From contig NC_068982.1 in the NCBI RefSeq assembly GCF_001194135.2, forward strand, positions 177,778,016 through 177,822,034: a DNA stretch of 44,019 nt, read 5' to 3'. The position numbers were made by a program, and so were the translations under genes. Positions within the stretch are counted from its first letter, which is position 1. Each line of letters starts with the position of its first letter. Source of the DNA: Octopus bimaculoides. Its lineage: Eukaryota. The notes under the pieces were generated by a model that was given only the letters and a program-made list of their open reading frames with translations, had not been told where the DNA came from and made no database searches. This document shows, in pieces, positions 33,901 through 42,533 of this stretch.

Positions 33901-36900
33901 AATAAATGACAGATATGCAAGCTCAGCTGCTGATCTCGATGGATTCCCAGTAATCCTTCTCAAGTTATGCAAATGAGCCCTTACAAAACCACTGCAGCTT
34001 CTTCTTCAGAGCTCCCTCCCAAGTGGTAAGCTCCTACACAAACTGAAGGAGAGAATAATATGCCATATCAATAAAGGAGGAAGCAGAACAGATGCTAAAA
34101 TTTATAGGCCTATCTCTGACTTCACACATCAGCAAAGTCGGAGTATTAAAGCAGCTACTCAACAACTCAAATGTGGATGTTTTGACTTTCCAAAAGCCTT
34201 TGACAAAGTTGATCATGATGTGGTATGTCACAAGCTGCATAATTTCTGCATAGTCAGAAAATTTGGAGAGTGGCTACACAACTTTCTAAAAGACAGAAGT
34301 CAGGTAGTGGTGGCCAACAGGACTACCTCCAAGGAAGTGCAAATAATAAGTGGTGTCCCACAGGGTCTTGTGGTTACTGCTATTCACAGAGGCCCTCTCA
34401 GACATGCCCTCAGCTGCTCAAACAGCCACTCTTGCTAGTTATGCAATTAATACAAAAGTCTCTCAGAGGATATAGAACCTGAAGGTTTTGCACATCTGCA
34501 ACAGGTGGGCTGAAGAAAATAACATGTAGTATAATGCTGGAAAATTCCAAGCCCTGCACTACCAACACAAGGAACCTAATGAAAAGCAGACATGATACAT
34601 GGCCCAGGAGGGATTGCAATCCCTGAATCAAAATCAGTGCACAATATGAGCATTGACATGAATAATGATGCATCTTTCCAATGCATATTACTAAGTTGGC
34701 AATAAAATGCAGATGGTTGCCTAGATGGGTCCTTAGAACTTCCAGGATGAGTGAACAGGAAATCATGATGGTCCTCCAGAGGACATTTGTCCTCAGCCAT
34801 TTGGATTATTACTTCCAACTGTGGTCACACAGTATAAAATTAATGATGGAACTCAAAGCAATCTAGCAAAGCTACACAAAGACTCGCAAATTGTCAACAG
34901 CCACAAGCAAGCGTCAAATCTTAAAGAACTCCTAACCAAAGCAAAAATTACATCACAAAGAATAATACAGATAACAAAATGTAGAGACCTTTGTTGTAGA
35001 ACATGGAAATAATTGAACAGGGCAAACCCCAAAAATTTAAATAATGAGAAGGAACTGAGACTAATGCAAATATGAAATGCAAAACAAAAAAATCTCATTT
35101 ACTGCGTCAAATATTCACAGTGCATTCAGTCAAATGGGATCAAAATTCATCAGTTTAGGGTACATACACAACAAATCAAAGATTCTTCTCTTAGAAATGT
35201 CCCATGTAGTGAACATCAAACATTTGTGCAAATGGAAAATTCAAAATATTCATTTTTTTTTTTTAAACTGAAGGAAGAAAATGATCAACTACAAAAGCAA
35301 AGAACTCTAATCTAAAATAGCCAAATCCTTTATTAAGAACAACTTCTTCTAAATGGATAACCCAATAACATGTGCATTCAGAAAGTTGAAAATGGTAAAA
35401 AGCATTTACCATAATACATAAACCTCCTTCCAAAAGGTTTGTACCTTCTAGATTTAGTTTTAGATGCACAATGTGTGTGTTTGTGTGTGTGTGAGAAAAA
35501 GAGACAGAGAGAGATTGCATAATTTTTCCCCATGGGTGTAGCTTTGAGAGAGATAGTCATTTGCCTTAGAGGCCATTATGATGAAATCTTCAGCAATCTT
35601 CATATACTAACTCACATCACCAAATGGAAAACATTAATCTCAAACTTACCTCTATTATTTAAACTCTTGTGCACATCTGTCATAAAACTCTTGATTACTT
35701 TACTGAGAGCACTCTCACTTTCTATTGGTAATGACTTAACAGCTGCAAGTAGATAGTGTTATTAATATTATTTATTTTCAACAGTTTTGTGTGAGTTTCT
35801 ATTACAACCTCAGGAGAATCTCTATGCACTTTAAGTATGTGCAGTATTGTCTTTTATGTCAGTGGAATGGTGTTTGCATGTTACATTTATTTTGTTATTG
35901 AGTTTGTTTCATTTTTTCTCATATCACTTTAGTCTATTAAATATGCTGTTATTCTGTTGTGAATGGTAATGGTGAAGCACAACTTATTTTATATTATTGG
36001 GAAGTGGCTGTGTAAAATATGTACAGTGTTGATGGTGTTAATTTAGTATTAGATGGAGACATAAGAAACAGGATACAACTGGAAGTTCTTACAGGACAAT
36101 CTACTGAAGGTAACAGACCAAATGTGGTTGGAACAAAGCTTTTGCCAGACCAAGGGTAACATAGTGATGAAACAGTGAAGTTGACAGGGTCATAATAGAG
36201 AAGAGATGGGTTTGGAAAGAGTGAAAAAGTGGGGGCAGCAAAGAATCATATTAGGTAGCTAAAAGGAAAGCTGGAAGTCAGGTTTATCTAGGTAGAGCAG
36301 AAGCAGAAAGGAAGAGGTTTGCCAATATCTTACAGTGTGAAGACCAGAGACTTGAGGTGTCCTAGATTGCTAGATAGTGTGTCAGTGAGAGGTTATGGGA
36401 GAGAAATGTATATGGATGGATAATGGTATGCTTGCACTTAGTGATTCAGTGTTGTAGGAGTTTTATAAACAAAAGGTGTACTGCATAAATTGTGTTATTG
36501 AATTGGAAATGTCTTGCACAGCATGTACACTGTGCTTTGCTGACTATTCTTTAAACTCTGTATATTTCATTTCACATTGACCCAGCCCACTCAGCAGGAA
36601 AAAATTAGTAATCTTTTGATGGACCAGCATCTTGGCCAAGGCAAGAAATATACATGTCACAGAATCTGGAAAACCAGACTTATGAGCCTATGGCTTGGGA
36701 AGGTCCTTTCATTTTTTTTTTATTGTTATAATGGGTAATGGTAAACAAAGAAGATAGTGGCAATGGCTGAGAACTTTCTACTTACTTTCCACAGGTACAG
36801 GTACATGTTCCTGTAAATCTGCAACATTTTCCTTAGTAATGCACAATTCCTCACAGTCTAGATTGGCACAAATTTCCAAAAAGTGTTCTTTGGCATTTTT

Positions 36901-37001
36901 ACCAGATTTTGCTACATCAATACCAACCACAGCTGTCAAACCAATAACCTGGAAGAAAATGCCACAAAATCTGAAAGTTAATTCATGTCAATTTGATACC
37001 T

Positions 37002-37071
<70 letters not shown>

Positions 37072-40000
37072 GCTGCTGCTACTACTACTACTACTAATAA
37101 TAATAATAATAATAATAACAATAATAATAATAACTAAACCAGTTGAGCATGTCCCTTGGTGGCTGACAATATGTGCATCTCTGATCACGAGCAGAAGTAG
37201 TGGGAGAGCATCATAGCCATGTGTTGAGAGGAATTCTTTGGGGTTTGAATAATTCACCTTTGGAAACATGGGTGTTTCGTTCAACATCCTTAAACAAACC
37301 TTATTCAGGGACCTTTTGAGCGGGACGGGCCACTCGAAGAAAATTCTAACTGGGTTCCACCTGCGAGGTCATGCACTGTTTATCTTGATATGAGATCACC
37401 ATGTCGCACACATATGGTTGTGATGCATGTGCCTGGTGTACCCTTATCAGATGGGTAGTCATGATGGGTATGCAGGGCTTCGTATATTTTACCTCAGTGT
37501 CACTTTGATGGCATGCGCTGCTCTCTCACTCAATAATAATAATAATAATACTTCGCCAGTCAACTTAACTCTTACAACTTCAAATTATTCATGAGCCAAT
37601 AAAAAGCCTCAATTTTTGCCAGGTCTCTTGACTTGCTAGAAAAAGTAACTGAATTCCCTTAAATTAAACCTTAGCATCTTAAAAGAAGAAGAATACATTT
37701 CTAAAATGTTTACAAATGTGCAAATATAATAACTTGATATACGTTTACAGATACATATATATAAATATATTGGCCTAATGAAATTATAAGCTTTTCTAAA
37801 AGTTATTATTCTCCGTCATACTCTCATTCTCTCTAGTTTCATCAATAAACAATCTGAAATTAAAACTACATCATAATTTCAAAGGTGTTGCTCAACCTGA
37901 TATTGCATTTCATTACAGTTATGTAAAAGTACATAACCTTGTCACCACTTCTTCCTCTCTCTCTCTCTCTCTCAGTATAGTTTTTACTATTATAAACAAA
38001 TCTGTTACCTTAGTCTAATGTGAGAAATGTTATTTTAGTAGTGTATACTAGAGATGACAAAACACCAAACTAATATACAGAATTCAAAACATACAAAAAT
38101 CAATTTTACTTTTTATCCCTCCAAAGTCAATAAACCACTACTCTTGAACTACTCAAACTGACTCGGTTGCCTTTACTCCTCCCATTGCAAGTTATGGTCA
38201 TAAACGAATATAAAGAATCATCATCACGGACTCAGATCCACTATTCAAAACCGAGCTCTTGGCTTTGTTTATGTCACATTCATGAATATCATTGGTGAAA
38301 GCTATGTTGTTGCACTTTGAATCAGCAAAGCCACTGCTTATGTCCAGCATGAAAACCTCCTTGCCTATAGTCTCCCATCGATCTCAAATTTCTTGAAATA
38401 CATGATTTCTTCTAATCCAAGAAACTCCCACCATTGCAGTGTCTACTTTACAGCACATGCACACCTATACAGATAATACCACTCTTCAATTCCTCCTAAA
38501 TCTTTCAGACAATCATCATCCACATGCAACTTAAACACTTCACACCAGATCTGTACTGACTCTATGAACAGGGGCCTTAGAATTATAGTAAAAGTATCAT
38601 CTCTCTTTATGTTTGTATGCGTATATGCGTAAGGATGAGAGCATGTGAGTGTGGTGTGTGCATGTGTAATCTCTACTGTCACAAATTTTGTAAAGAAAAG
38701 TCTCCTTCAATGTGGATATCTAAGTCTCTTTCAATAGTACAAAGACACAATATTTACAAACATCAAACATTTCTGTACATAACTTCCTCTATGTACAAGC
38801 AACACACAATTGAAACCCTTAAAATACTGCAAATGGAAAGCTTCACCATCTCTGATGATCTCCATCGCAAACTCAGATATAGCAGTACCAAAACTGTACC
38901 ACAAAAACTAGAGATCATCTCTTTAGAACTAGAAAATACTTCACCCCTCAAAGATGTGGTATTTCTAGTCTTTGATTTTTCTAATGCTACTACTTCAATT
39001 TCTGCTTCTCTAGGTCACTGCATATACTTTCTGTTGTGGTCTACGCAGTACACCTGTCTCTTCCTCCTAGCACTCCTAGGAGGAAGAGATATAGATATAC
39101 TTTAATCTCTTCATCCACCTAATCACACACTAAATACTTTACTCACTCCATTTTTGCAAAATTACAACCATCTAAATTCCCACCACCACCTCTCCTTGTC
39201 TAACATCACCCTAATAAATATTTAAACTGAATAGCAACGGTATCAATTTCACTAACTTTTGGACAGCCTTAAATGTTTAGAGATGTTGTCCCTCCTCTAT
39301 TAACTAATTTTTAAAAGAAAATAAAATAGGGGTAACAGTTGTTAATTTTTAGAAGGCCCTCTTCATAACTTACACTTTATCCCTGTACAGTATAAACAAG
39401 AGTTTTCTTTGTTTATTTTTGTTTCATTTTTTTTGTTTGATTTGATTTTTTGCAGAAATGTGAAAAAGACATTTGTGTGTGGCAGATGTCTGCTTGTAAT
39501 AGAAAACTTACCTGAGGTAGCTGACAATTTACTTTTTTAAATTTGTCATCAAGGTATCTTGACATAAGAATATTGTAAGGATGTTTGCAATATGTGTGAT
39601 GACATTCATCAATTATTAGCAGTGTAATAATGGAAAGACCCTCAATTCTACCAAGCTTCAGGTTGTCAACTAAACATTGTGGAGTCATAACAACAATATC
39701 ACTTCTGTACCAAAACAAAAAAAAATAAGACACAAAAGTTAGACTGTCATCATATTTACCATCATCATTGTCATCAATATCCTTTTAAACATCCACTTTG
39801 CTACACTTACATATGAGGCGTTTAGTAACAGACCGTCGTAAGCACCACAACTTAAAAACCAAGAAAAACGCAGTCAAAGTTTCGCGACTTTCAGAATGTG
39901 ATATCTCAGCAAGGAATGAAGTTAGGAAGCTGGTTTTGGTCTTAAAGTGACCGTGAAGACCTCCTTCTAATCATTCCACCTATGTAAAATTATTTATGCA

Positions 40001-42088
40001 TGCATCTGAAAGATGAATCAATGACTGCATCATTCTCGTTTTGTAGAATATACAGGTACTACAAAACAGTGTATTGCATTGCATATTTTAGCCATAATAC
40101 CTAGAAAAAACATACAGAGACCTCCCAAAGGTATTGTTTCTGTTTTAATATACCAAGGTAAGTATCTTCAAGAAGTAAGAAAGACAAGATAGTAAGATAA
40201 TAGCCCATTATTGTTACAATGGTAATGAGGAATATTAAAAAATTGAACCATAACACCTCAAAAACAATACAGTGAATATACCAAAGTTATTGATTGAGTG
40301 TGTGAGCTTACAATGGTGTGTAGCTAAACTCTCTGGTCCAAGTTTGGGTGAGCGAGTGTCAGGTCAATAGCATCGAGGTACAATATTTTGCAGCTGGATT
40401 TTCAACCTTATTGTAAGACTCACCAGTTCTTCCTCCCAACTTTTTCGGATTCTAGATGTTGAGACAAAGGAAATGATATACTAACCTCGCAAATGGCCAG
40501 GGTAGCACTTACGACACTCTGTTACTAAACGCCTCATATGTTGGATGGAATTCATCAATGCAGATTTTCTACAGTTGCAATGCCTTTCCTGTGGCCAACC
40601 CTTACCTGTTTCAAAGTAAGGTAATATTTCCCCATGACCAGACATATTTGTCATAGAAAATTTGTTGACCCTATCATATTCTTGGCTTTTATTTTACCTA
40701 TCTCTCTTTTTTTTTTTTGTCATGTTGTATGATATTTTATGAATGGAGAGTAAATAATACTATCTTTTTGTTCTATTTTCACTTTTACTGACTTACATTA
40801 TTTTAATATCATAGTTCCAAAACACATGTAAATCAGGTTTGGTGAATGAACAAAAAGGTTGCTTTAAGAGGCACTACTGGTTACCACAGCAACAAATGAC
40901 GACAACCACATTATTATGGCTGGTAAAAATGATAAAAAGCTCAACAGCATGGAGGTTATGGATATGATTTGATTTTTTTTTATCCAAAATATTTACATGC
41001 TATTATTTATAGTTTTAAGTGTACTTCAAGACCAATATTCCATAAAAGAAACATTTTACATTCTCTCAAAACTTTATAAAATTCTTAATGATGTCAATAA
41101 TATTAAAGTATTTTGTCATATCTGGGTGTGAATGATGTTTCGTGAATGACTTCAAATATTTGCAATCAATATAATTGAATATTATTAATTATTCATTTTA
41201 TTTTTATTCATTTGTCTTTTAATTGAATATCATTACATATGCAGACAGTTAAATATTATCATTCAATTCTAATCTTCACACATGCATCTAATTGAATATT
41301 TTTGCCCTGTTTCTTCATTATCTGTATATTTTTATTAATGGTTTCCAGCCTCATTACTCAAATTTCATTTTGTAGACCAAGTTAGGAATTTTTCATTTTC
41401 AGTTTTAATAAATATATTTTGGGACTACTTTCGGTATGGAGTATTCTGTTTTCCCTTCTCATTTACACTTAAGTTTTTACCACCATTATTAAGTATCATT
41501 TTTTAATGCAAGCTAGTAAATTTTACATTGTAGATTGTCAGTTATAATTTAATCAATTAATCCTAATGAACTGTCTTCTGTCATTATTTTAGCAGTCTTC
41601 AAAGTACACTGAGATAGCTATGTATCTACCCACACATGCGGCGGCGTGCTGGCAGAACCGTTAGCACACCGGGCGAAATGCTTAGCGGTATTTCGTCTGC
41701 CTGCTACGTTCTGAGTTCAAATTCCGCCGAGGTTGACTTTGCCTTTCATCCTTTCGGGGTCGATTAAATAAGTACCAGTTACACACTGGGGTCGATATAA
41801 TCAATTTAATCCGTTTGTCTGTCCTTGTTTGTCCCCTCTGTGTGTAGCCCCTTGTGGGTAGTAAAGAAATAACACATGCACGTACATGCATGAATGTGCA
41901 TATATGAATATATGAAAGTAGGGGGAAACTGGCCAGGTTTCATAGACTTTTTTGAGATAGTTGCAGGACTAAGGACTTTTAAATGCCCAACTGTAGTAAA
42001 ACTTCTTGATGCAAGAGTTAGAAAATTGAAGTATGGGATCTGATAGTACCTCCTATAACTTTCTCACATCCATAGTTTGGAACGTGCA

Positions 42089-42124
<36 letters not shown>

Positions 42125-42495
42125 CAGTGTTCTTTTTATTCTTAATAAAAATGGAGAAACAAAAACTAAATAAGAAAATATGACCTTACAAGTTGAATGA
42201 TTCCATTTTCTTGCTTTGGCTCTCAGGAGATCCATAAATAACATTAATTGTCAAATCAGGGAAAGAATTCATCAGAACAGTTTTTTGTTGTTCAGCTAAG
42301 GCTGTTTGATTGCATAAAAAGATTACTTTGCAACATTTTCCATCATTTTCTTGAAAATGATGCTGCAAATAAACAAATAAAAACAAAATAAATTTTTTAA
42401 AACTAAACAAAAATAGTGAAGAAAAATAATATTTATATATAAAATGTTCCACTAACAAGGAAGAAGGTGCTGTCTTTTTTTCAGAGAGAGAGAAA

Positions 42496-42533
<38 letters not shown>

